Assembly: GCA_964016885.1 (NCBI GenBank)
Contig: OZ024741.1
Span: forward strand, 124,682,001 to 124,746,000
Direction: 5' to 3'
DNA: 64,000 nt
Origin: Eledone cirrhosa
Lineage: Eukaryota
Each line of letters opens with the position of its first letter. Position 1 is the first letter of the stretch. Shown here piece by piece: positions 27,099 to 38,611 of the stretch. The notes below the pieces were generated by a model. That model worked only from the letters and a program-made list of their open reading frames with translations, did no database searches and had not been told where the DNA came from. The position numbers were made by a program, and so were the translations under genes.

Positions 27099-29289
27099 TA
27101 TAATGAATTAAAGAGATAGTTGTTGTAGAAGTGTAAACTGTCGCTTAGTTTGAACTTATGTTACACCCCGTTTTCACTCCTATATTGTACCGGCTTTTCT
27201 TCAGTTTTTTTCAACATACGCGCGCACACACACGCACACGCACACACACACACTCATATATATGTATATATCTTTAATGTGTATATTGTATATATGCTTA
27301 TATATACATACATGTGGGAATGGGTGTATTAAAGATGATGATGGTTGCTGTTCTGTTCAATGATAACAACGACAAGTAGACTGGTGACAACCTAAAGCCT
27401 ATCGACAACATTAGTGGCGTCTGTTTTACTACGACACGACAGAAGGCCGTATTTTAACAACCGTATGGAAATTTCTCTAAATCACGTATATTCCATATGA
27501 TATTGAAAGAACTTTAAAGAATGTAGCACGAATCAATTATTGGTTACTGTCTGTTAAAATTTTGCTTTTACAGTACAATAGATATGTCTTGAACTATACC
27601 TCAGCGTCTGTAGAAAAACAAAATCGATATAAATCAATCTTATTGAGCAACCACAGTCATTTGTACAGGTTTTCTCTTTCTGTAAATACACATATATACA
27701 TTTTTTTTTATTGTCTTGTACATTCTCGTTTTATTCAGTTAAAGGACGTATTCACATGAGATGTGAGCCGGATCTTTATTTCGGAATATTTTCAAAGATT
27801 CACCAACTTGAATTACACCCACGTAGTAAAGGTATAATTATTTTTCTGAGTGACGTTTTGTCAGTAGCAGTTGTAGAAAAATAAAATAGATCTATCTACA
27901 ATGATAAGATGAAAAAAATATATATCAAAAGAAGGATTCTTTTAAAATATCGATAACTAATATTTTATCTTTAGTTATTGTATGTACTTGAGTTGTTCAT
28001 GTTCGCTATAATTCCTTTGGAGAAGTATTCATCTCGTATGTGAAGACTCGTGTCTTTTATGAATTATTTTAGACGAAGAAAAATATAAAGAATTATTCCG
28101 ATATGACTGTAAAGAGGAGTAAATCTTATGTTTTATTAGATCTTATTATTTCAAGATGTACACTATGAATTATCTCGGAATTTTTCTTCTTGGTAAAAAT
28201 TTCAAAATGGCAAAATGAAAAACAATATAAATTTTAAAATTAATCTTCTCTTTCTTCAAGTACAATTATGGAATAGAATATATTTTCTTTAATGTCTATA
28301 TCATAAATTAGATGGAACAGTTAAGTCTGAATTAGCAACAAAGAAGGAAGTAATGGGCATCCGTCGGTTTTGGTGGTGACATTCGATTAATCTAATATTC
28401 TGCTCGACAAAATTACCATACAGCTAGTTGAGTATTATCCGCATCAATAACGTAATTCTCTGGAAGATTCAGTGCAACTCAGTTTGCGACAGCCCGTTTT
28501 ATATTATACTGTAAGGAGCCGGTATTTTAACCTGATTTCGAAGGTGATCCAAAGTGACAGTCTGTGACGTGGCTGAACCTTTAAACTACAATCCATTCGA
28601 CGGCTTCCAAACAGTTCTATTCAATTTCACTCAAGAGGTCGACCCGAAGTTATGGTACAAAAACATTTACTCAAGATATGGCACAATGATGTCGCACCCG
28701 TAACTTCATGCTTAGGCACGGGGACCTCTATATGATTTTGTATGTATGTCTAGCATTATTACATAACTAACTGCACGTATACATTGATATATGATACTCG
28801 GAACAAGCTAAATGCAAGTATTTTTTTCTCAACCGGGCACATTTGTGCCATTCTTTCTCTCTCTGAATCCCACTCTTAGACTCTTATTTCTTAGACAATA
28901 CAATCTACCAAGACATTTATTTAAATGGAATGAAATTGTATTACGGAGTTCCAAGCGCATCTATCTGCTATACATATTATGTTTGTAGCTATGATGATAC
29001 AAACATGACAGGTTAGCTTTATTATATAGAAACTAATTTATGTCTGTTTTCCCAAGTTGGTGGTTATTGCGGTCAGAGTCGGTATGCCGAGGTTAGGTGG
29101 ATGATCCGCGTTCGGTTTGCCGAATTTGGAGGGTGGATCACGGATTGGTTTGACCGGACCCATGAATGCAGGCTGGCGTTCGGGTGGTTTCGGTGTTTGC
29201 TAATGTTTTGTGGACTAATTGGAGCAATAATAGTCTTATTATTTACGAATATATAATGTGTGTCGACACTGCTGCTGCTACGTGATAAA

Positions 29290-29530
29290 TTCTTCTTCTT
29301 CTTCTTCTTCTTCTTCTTCTTCTTCTTCTTCTTCTTCTTCTTCTTCTTCTTCTTCTTCTTCTTCTTCTTCTTCTTCTTCTTCTTCTTCTTCTTCTTCTTC
29401 TTCTTCTTCAGAGGGGTGTGGGGCACTGTCCTCAAACACTCCTTCCAGCTGGTCCTGTCAGAAGCAATCGTCTCCAACTGATCCGGCTAGATTCCCAATT
29501 GGGACCATCTCGCTCGTGTTTTACCATTGT
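29290..29530 (-). mobile_element. RTE 3' end with long (GAA)n tail
   Basis: Minus-strand METIASDRTSWK followed by (TTC)n 29290-29409. Confidence 0.7.
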
Positions 29531-30701
29531 TCTAAATGCTAAATATATGAATATAAAATAACCATCCGTATATTACCAAATGCTTAATGTATAATAAATA
29601 TATAATCTAAGAAAATAGTAAAATAAAAAGCAAATCTTTGAAAATAGTTCCCTATAAAATGTGTTGTATATTGTTATGTTTAATACGATCAACATAACTA
29701 AATTTTCTTCACAGCAAATACAACGGTAAAATTAGATAATATATAACCTGATTACTGTCAGACTTTGTGTATTTGGGTTTTATAGAATGTATGCAAATGA
29801 TTTTATAAACCATATTAATGAAAATGTCTCAAGTGTCGGAAGCAGGCAAATAATGTAATTTATCTTCTTCATAAATTTTCCACCTACGCTAACTATTTCG
29901 ATATTTTCTATGGTGAAATATATTTGTGAAAATTATTTGAATTTTTCCCCTTTACGTAATAATCTAATCATACAGACTCTCACGTGTATTCTTGTTTTGA
30001 AAATCTTCAGTGTTTTATTTGCAAGAGATGTTTACGTTGATGAGATAAATTATTTTTTATGAGAAGATATCACATTCTGTTGTCAATGAGAAAGAGTTAT
30101 TGTACAAAAGAAACGAACAATTACACATTATATTGATTGGTATGTGTGTGTGGTGGAGGAGTCTAAATAATCACTTCGATTATTCTGTCCGACGAAAGCG
30201 CAATTGAAAATTAAACGATAATAAATATTTGACTTTCAATGGCAATACCAATTAATAGTATTGCAAATAAAATGCTATTAGGACAGCACAGAAGATGAAA
30301 AGGCTGGTTAAACAAAATTCTTGGAACCTATTTTGTTTGCAAAGGAGAAAAATGTCACTACATTATTTAGATCACAACTTTGGATCGTGTTTCGTTAGAC
30401 TGCAGTCATAGTCAAGAACAACTATGACAAAAGATGTATCAATTTCAAGAGCTACTAATGTTACTAACAGAACGAGTGACCGCATCGCTTTGTATTCGGG
30501 GTCCTACTTTGCTGGGTCCGCATGCGGCTCTTTGGCCTATCTAGGGAGTGTTTTAATCCACTGCTTTAATCATTCTGTACGTTGGCGACTGTATATCCAT
30601 ATATGTATGTAGTGCGATATATGGAGCAGAACTCCATCGATTTCGGCAAGTCGTGTTTCAGTTGAAATTACATATACATATATAAAATATATGCATATAC
30701 G

Positions 30702-30744
<43 letters not shown>

Positions 30745-31874
30745 CACACACATATATATATATAAGTGTGTGTATGTGTATGTGTGTGTATGTGTGTTTG
30801 TGTGTGTGTGTATGTATATGTATATATATATATATATGTGTGTGTGCATGCGTGTGTGTGTGTGAGCCATTATTATATTACATCCTTCATACTGCTTGAC
30901 ATTTGGCATTGCTACATTAACTTTTTCACTGTACTCGTATACAGAATCCTGAAAGGTGGGGTAGTTATATTCTGTGGCGGACAAAACAATTTCCGAAATG
31001 TTTAATTCTGTATAAAGAGGACTAGTGTACAATGTTTACACCTAATATTTTGCACAATGAAAGCCATACTGAAAAAGATATTGGAATCATATATGTATTA
31101 AATTGACATTACATGTTGTAATATACGCTGTGTTTTAGCATAGTTATTTATTATTTAAACTATAAAAAAAATGTTGGTAGATGTTTCCTTTCCTATAAGT
31201 TTTTATTCTTTGTGTATTAACTATTTACAAGAGGAAGACAGTCTTTTGTCCTTACGTATTCCAGTGATTATATTTTAGCAGATATAAGCTAAGAGAGGAT
31301 ATCTGTTAAGATGAAGATTTATTTCCCTGGGGGATTTAACTGCATAGGTTAACATGTCTGGCTTTAACTGGCAATCGAATTGCTCGAACAAAATCAATAA
31401 ATATCGATATAGCTCAAATGAACAAGTGGTACGATTGAGGAGGATATACGTCTAGTCGGACTATATTTTGGTGAAATAAATGAAATAAATAAATATACAA
31501 GGCTAGGAAACGTTGCACACAAACACTTACGTAAGCATATATTACATAAATGAAAGAAAGAAATATACAAGGGTAGGAAACGCCGCACACAAACACTTAC
31601 GTAAGCATATATACATAAAGGCAAACGAAAACACACATGAACTAACACACATATGCATAGAAGCAGAATTATAGTATACATAAACATTTACTTTCTCTTA
31701 GTGAAAAAGAAGTATATACTTTATGATAAAACAAGTGGCTTAATGTCAGAAATATATAAAAGAGAAAGAGAAAAGGTAATGAACATACGAATTGATCAGT
31801 CAACTTCGACAATGTAGTTAGTATATATCAAGAGTATATCAATATATGTGCGTACATTATATGTACGAATGAAA

Positions 31875-31931
<57 letters not shown>

Positions 31932-31943
31932 TCTTTCTCTTTC

Positions 31944-31984
<41 letters not shown>

Positions 31985-34533
31985 GGACGGGCGATTCTTG
32001 AGCCTAGGCAGATGTGTGAGGCCTTTCAAAGGCACTTTGCCCGACTGTTCGGGAGGGGCGGGGAGCCGGTTGGGAACGTGGACTTCGGTCCATACCTCGA
32101 CGGCCTGCCGCGCCTCTCGGACAGGGAGGCGAAGTCCTGCGAGGAGCCGATTTCGGCCGCTGAGATAGAGGACGTGCTGAGCCAATGCGGCAAACGCAAA
32201 TCCCCGGGTCTCGATGGTCTTCCTTACGAATTATATCTAGCTATGCCGGACTTGTTCCCCGATCTCCTCGAGGCGGTCTACTGCAACTGGCAACAGAACG
32301 GGAGAATTCCCTGTACTGTGACCAAGGGCGTAGTCACGCTAGTGAGGAAGGACGAGAACAAGGGGGACGAAATAAGTAACTTCAGGCCCATAACACTGCT
32401 AAATACAGAGTTACAGATTTTGGCCAAGGTGCTAGCAAAGAGGTTGGCGTTTGTCGTGGGCAACCTGGTGGGAGATGCGCAGACATGCGCTATCCCGTCC
32501 AGGTCCATCCATGACAACCTCCACCTCATGCGATACATCATAGAGAGGGTTGGGAACGAACCCGGCTTTGGTGGGGCTCTGATCAACTTGGATCAATCTA
32601 AGGCGTTCGATAGGGTCGACCATGGTTACCTGGATGCGGTGCTAGCGGCGGCAGGCTTCGGACCCGTTTTCAGGGGCTGGATCACTGCTATGCACAGCAG
32701 CCGCATCTGCTCTAGGGTCAAGGTGAACGGCTACCTCTCGGAGCCGTTCAAAATCGCGCGGTCCATCCGACAAGGGTGCCCTCTCTCCTCCCTTCTGTAT
32801 GTGTTGACTCTCGAGCCACTACTGCGGAAGTTGGAGTTGTTGCAGGGCATCCCTTTGGAACCGGGATTGCGGAAAGCGGTGTCGGCCTACGCCGATGACG
32901 TGACAGTAATGGTGTCGACGGCCTCCGAAATCGAGGCGGTCGGCACCTTACTGGAGGAGTACGAAAAGTTCACAGGGGCTAAGCTGAACCGGGACAAGTC
33001 GATCGGTTTGCAACTCGGCACGTGGAGGGGCAGACCGATGCCCTCCGATAGCGTCGTCGGACGCTGGACGGAGGGCCCGGTGAAGTTGCTCGGGGTCTGG
33101 TTCGGACCGGACCTCCAGGTGGAGAAAAACTGGGCGGAGGTTACGAACAGGGTGTTTGCACTGACCTAGAAGTGGGCCAGTTGCAAACTATCCCTGAAAG
33201 GTCGGGCGGAGGTGGCGAACACCTACATAGCGTCCGTCATCTACTACCGCCTGACCGTAGTGCCCTGCCCAAGGGAAACCCTCACCAAGATGGAGCGCGC
33301 GCTCTTCCAATTCCTTTGGAAGAGGCGGGCTCCTATGGTGAGGAGATCCATCTGCTGTCAACACCCTTCGAAAGGAGGGCTGGGGATGCCGTGGCTAATG
33401 ATGCGTAAACACGCATTAAGGCTACGGCACCTCTACGTATTCCTCACCGGACAACCGGTGTGGGCCTCGTTTGTGAGACGAACCTTTCCCAGACTCGTCT
33501 CACTCACCGAGCTGCAATCCTGGGTCAAGCAAAGACCGAGAAAACTGGGCGCCTGGCACACTGAGTGTGCCCAGGCGCTCACCGCCCTCTGGCAGGCGGA
33601 TCCGGTTGTCAGTGGAGACTCCACCGCAACATTCTATAGAGGGCTGGTACGCAGCAGGTGCGACGACGCCCTCGGAGAAGCCCTAGACATGGAGGAGGAC
33701 GAACTGGCCAGCCTGTTCGGTAGGACATTCAGCCCGGGACCTATGGACAACTTCCAGAAGTCCCTGGCCTGGCAGTGCTACCGAGGGGCTTTACCCGTTC
33801 GAGAAAGGCTCTACAGACACGGGCGCCCGGGTAGGGACCCCGCCAAAAAGATCTGTCCCAGATGCGTGTGCGACGAGGAAACCGTTGCACACGCATTAGT
33901 ACACTGCTCGGGCGTAGCCGATCTGTGGGGCTATGTCGAACAACTGCTGTCAAGGGTGGGACCGATCCGGTTGACCACCGAGTCTATTGTAATGATCAAG
34001 CCGCCTCCCCCCTTCAAAGATGAAGCAGAGGCGGTGTTTCTGTGCGTAATGGCCATGGCGAAAGAGGTTGTATGGTGGACGCGTCTGAAAGGACTGAGGT
34101 CGGGCACCTTTCTCTCTGGCCAACAACTGGTCCGTTTCTTCCGATATCATTTCGGAAGAAGGATCAGGATGGAGAGAGAGGTGCTGCACCCCAGCCGTTT
34201 CTATGAAAGATGGGTGAAAGTGGCGAGAATGGCCCGTGTGAATGGGCCTTCACTCTACATCAGACTATAGGTGAGGAAGATGAAAGACCAAGGGAGCACC
34301 CCTTCTCTGTGCTCCTGAGGAGAAGGGTTGCACACTTTTTTCGGGGGTGTGTGCGACCCCCCAAGGCGCCTCCTCTCTATTGAGGATTTTGTTAAAAATT
34401 TTATTTTTTGTTATATCTTATTTTATTTTTATATTTTGTTATTGCCTCCTCCTTATTGAGGACGCCTTTTTGTGTAAACTCCCCCCTTTGTACTTGTCCC
34501 ACTTTTGATGCCCTAGTGGCAAATAAAAGAAAT
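31985..34533 (+). mobile_element. 5'-truncated Tx1-type (L1 clade) LINE inserted in (ATCT)n
   Basis: KSPGLDG, FRPITLLN, DQSKAFDRV, QGCPLS, YADD and C-terminal CPRC..H..C; AATAAAAGAAAT end; (tatc)n on both sides. Confidence 0.92.
32012..34270 (+). pseudogene. Tx1 ORF2 RT with a single in-frame stop
   Basis: TAG at 33167-33169 corresponds to CAG (LTQKW) in the intact relative at 50988-54407. Confidence 0.88.
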
Positions 34534-34899
34534 ATATCTATCTATCTATCTATATAAATAGTGTAGTAAATTGCGTAAGAGTTATCAAAGGTTAGCAGAG
34601 TAATCAGTCCGAGGGATGAGTTGTAATATACAAAATTTGGTTAAATTCACACACACACACACACACATCTCTCTCTCTCTCTATATATATACATATATCT
34701 TCTCTGTGTGTGCGCGTGTGTGTGTGTTTATATATATATATATATACAAAGAGAGAGAGAGGGAGAGAGAGAGAGGGGGGGAGAGAGAGAGAGGGAGAGA
34801 TAGTGATAGTTTTAGCGGTATATTTAGAGATATACATGACTTACACTGACTGGTAATATCTCAGTTCCGTAAAACCCTCCTCATCAAAAAGCGGGGACC

Positions 34900-35415
34900 C
34901 TGGATAAACAAATCCGCGACAAATGACTGCTTTAATCTTCCCATTCCCATATTTCCAGATGGATTCATACGGTGACAATGGTCTGGCCCTTACAAAACAC
35001 AAAATTGGCCAAGACCTTGACGCCTTTAGGAAAGAGTTGATCATCATTACGTTTAGGGAGCTAGGGCTAAAAATCGCCGTATCTACCGTATCCACAAATC
35101 TCACTCTTGGTAACAACTTATATTTCAACCTAGACCTACATATACACACAAATAAACCCTTCTAGAAGTAATATACGTTGAGGATTCTCCATTGAAACAA
35201 AACCAGCTAAAGTAATCCTGGACATACGTCGGTATATCAGACAGTCAGTTTAAAAGACGCTTCCTTAATCACGAAACGACCTTCAGATAACCAAACATAA
35301 GAAACACCACAAATTTTGCAAATAAAATATGGCAACTCAAAGACATGGGCTCAGACTTCTCCAACAAATGGAAGATTTTAGGAATATCTCGACCATATAC
35401 AAATGGACTCAAAGT
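34900..35415 (+). pseudogene. Internally deleted Neptune-type PLE relic (RT and GIY-YIG pieces)
   Basis: YGDNGLA (from YRDDGL) and FRELGLKI; then TYVGISDSQFKRRFLNH..TTNFANKIWQLKD..KWKIL. Confidence 0.75.
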
Positions 35416-35424
35416 TTAGGTGCC

Positions 35425-36915
35425 ATACTAGAAATGCAGGCCAGACGGCACATACGAGTTAGCAATACATTGTCTATTTAAGGCTTTTAACATCTCAGAC
35501 CGGATTTCATATCCCCCAGTTGTCTTACCACATTTGTGCTCTTTTGTTGCTCTTGTGACCTCAGCCTCCGAGACTTTAGTCATGGCTTCCATATGCATCT
35601 TGATTACATCAGAGGATGCTATTGCAAGCGGCTTTAGGAGATCAACAAAGTATTCTCTCCACCTCGTGAGGATGCAGCTCTCTTCAGAGAGGATAACCAC
35701 ATACGCATTTCTGATATCAGGTGTGGAGGAGGAGACTTCTTATAACAAAGTCGGTGATTGGTCTGCCAGAACATTTTATTTGCTGATTCGAAGTCGGATT
35801 CTACCTTAAACGTAAATTTCTTAACTTTGGACGCATTTACTGTACCTGCTGAAATACGTTAAGGTTGCTTTTACAACAGGCGCAAGAAGAACGACTTATT
35901 TCCCAACCAAGCGTTTCAGGCTTTGCTCTGATGACATTTTTTACCTCTTCATTGAACCAAGGTATCCTCTACCTAGAATACACACTGTCATCTCTTCTGT
36001 TCGTTATTGTCAAGACAGGATTGACATGCGCAGCCGTGTTGGAAGTGATATCACGGCTGGCAGGTGTAAAATCAGTCGGCTGGAATTTGCAGACATCTTG
36101 CTACTTAACTCGGCAGAATGTGATCTCTGACTTGCACTTGATAAGTTTGATGCCGAGTGATTCATGGCTAAGATTAAAATCCGTGTTGCGAAAACTAAGA
36201 CACACGTGGACTCAGGGAAGCCTGCGCAATGCTTTCTACATGTGAATGGGGTGCCACTGAATGAGGTGGAGAAATTCAAGTATCTCGGGGGCCATGGTCA
36301 CGAGTGATGGAAGAAAAACGGTTTAATTAAATGCAAGAATTGCAGGAGCTGTTGCAGTAATGCGCCAACTTCAGCATTCGGTAAACAGAAGAGGTATGTA
36401 TAAATGCCAAACACGCTATCTTCAATTCGATATTTATGCCAACCCTTACCTATGATCATGAATCTTGCCTAATGAACGAAAGAATATGATCACGGATACA
36501 ATCGGCCGAAATGGGGTTCCTATGATAGAGTGCGTAGCTCGGAGATCACAGCGTCACTCCATGGTAGAGCGGCTACTTCTCCGAATTGAGAGATCACAGC
36601 TCCGATACTATGGACATGTGATTAGAATGTCTCAGCAAAGAATCGCTGGACAGATGTTATGGGCAAAACCAACTGACAGGAAACCCATGGCTACATCCCG
36701 ATAAAGTTGATTTGATAATATCCATGAGCGTATCTGGTCTCGCTTGGGGATCCATCCAGATTAGTTGGAGAGGCTTGCTTATGACAAGACCTGCTGGAAG
36801 TAGCGTTTGAGGACTCTGCCCTCACGACCTTCTCTGGAATAAGTGGGCGGAGAAGAAGAAGAAGAAGAAGAAGAAGAAGAAGAAGAAGAAGAAGAAGAAG
36901 AAGAAGAAGAAGAAA
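35425..36915. mobile_element. RTE LINE with inverted 5' segment and (GAA)n tail
   Basis: Minus 35425-36115 (IPWFNEEVK, RWREYFVDLL); plus 36125-36915 (VEKFKYLG, LRYYGHV); homologous to 23600-25155. Confidence 0.8.
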
Positions 36916-37139
36916 CATGTATTACGTAGCAGCAGCAGCGTGTAATACACATATTATATATACGTAAATAAGACCGTTATTGCTCCAAGTAGAAGAAGAA
37001 ATAGATAGATAGATAAATAGATACATACATACATACATACATACATACATACATACATACATACATACATACATACATACATGATGGCTGCCCCCTCGTT
37101 ATCGAGTATGGCCATTGCACGAGAAAAAAAAAAAAAAAA

Positions 37140-37140
<1 letters not shown>

Positions 37141-37204
<64 letters not shown>
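37141..37204 (+). repeat. (TAA)n target microsatellite at the left edge of the retrotransposon array
   Basis: Pure aat repeat. Confidence 0.95.
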
Positions 37205-37370
37205 GGGAAGAAGACGCACGAGGTGACGGAGGTCATGAAATCGCTCCCGTAAGTTTTGAATTTTTAACATATTTAAATCATTTGTGAAATAACAACTCTT
37301 AGTACAAATGCTACGTAAAGCACCCGGCTTGAGCCCCAAAAAATTCGGACCCAAAATATATTGTTATAAG

Positions 37371-38040
37371 GCTCAAATATTCAAATGTTCAACTTTGTAT
37401 TGTACACTGTATATCCAAAAAAAAAAATGGCTATAAATGGAAGAAGAAGAACCCCCCCCCCCTCCTCTCCTCTGGCTACACTATATAGGACAGCTAAACT
37501 CACCAACACCAGAAACTAGATACACCGCCCACCCCATCATCTGTGTACACTAAACACAACAGCATTTTCACCTTCACCGCCACCGCTCACTACGGCCATC
37601 ATTGCCACCGCTGTCCCATCACCGCCGCCACCACCCCCTGACTCCTTCACTGCTGCTGCCACCGCTACAGCACCATCACTACAGTAATACGGCTCAAATA
37701 TTCAAATATTCAACTTTGTATTGTACACTGTATATCCAAAAAAAAAAAAAAAAAAAAATAAATAAATAAAATAAAATGGCTATAAATGGAAGAAGAAGAA
37801 CCCCCCCCCCCCTCCTCTCCTCTGGCTACACTATATAGGACAGCGAAACTCACCAACACCAGAAACTAGATACACCACCCACCCCATCATCTGTGTACAC
37901 TAAACACAACAGCATTTTCACCTTCACCGCCACCGCTCACTACGGCCATCATTGCCACCGCTGTCCCATCACCGCCGCCACCACCCCCTGACTCCTTCAC
38001 TGCTGCTGCCACCGCTACAGCACCATCACTACAGTAATAC
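37371..38040 (+). repeat. Two ~320-350 bp tandem monomers in the Dong-A1 5' region
   Basis: ggctcaaatattcaaat...cagtaatac repeated at 37371 and 37691. Confidence 0.9.
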
Positions 38041-38611
38041 GGTCGCATCACCGCCACCGCTGCCTCGGTATCGACATCACCGCCACCACTGTCTCAGTAT
38101 CGCCAACGCCGCTAGTCTCTGCTGGCTACCACTTCCACATTATAGAATTCCTACTACTAACAAAGAGGAAGGCATCAAAATATATAGATAGACTCAAAAG
38201 AAAAAAGAAAAAACAAACAACAAAAGCAGCACAGCAACAACAGTAAAAAACGAGAAAAACAGAGAAAAACAAAAACAAAAAAAGAAACCCCAAAAACGTA
38301 AAGAAAATAAGAATGAAGAGAGAAGCAGGCGGACGGACAGAGAAGAGGGGGGGAAAAGTAAAACTTAAAAAACAAAAACTAAGTCGGACATTCGAATACT
38401 ACATTACAATGAAACTTATGCTTATTCATTTTTGGGGCCCTTTCTGCCCGTGTGTTTGTTTGTTTATGTGTGTCCGTATACAGCGTGGTGATAATGCCAC
38501 ACAAGGGCCAAGTGGGATGGCGGATCCACAGATGGCTATGTAAACATACATTCGCCAATCCTCGATAAGAGTGTTTAAATATCGAACATAAACAGTTCGA
38601 ATAACGGTGAA

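Noticed and set aside
30885-31032. Minus-strand segment EYNYPTFQDSVYEYSEK as an exon
   Set aside because: Plausible acceptor but weak donor, no homology, and no partner exons
37205-37290. HDV-like ribozyme at the Dong 5' end
   Set aside because: Only a short ggga/tccc pairing; I could not build the double pseudoknot by eye
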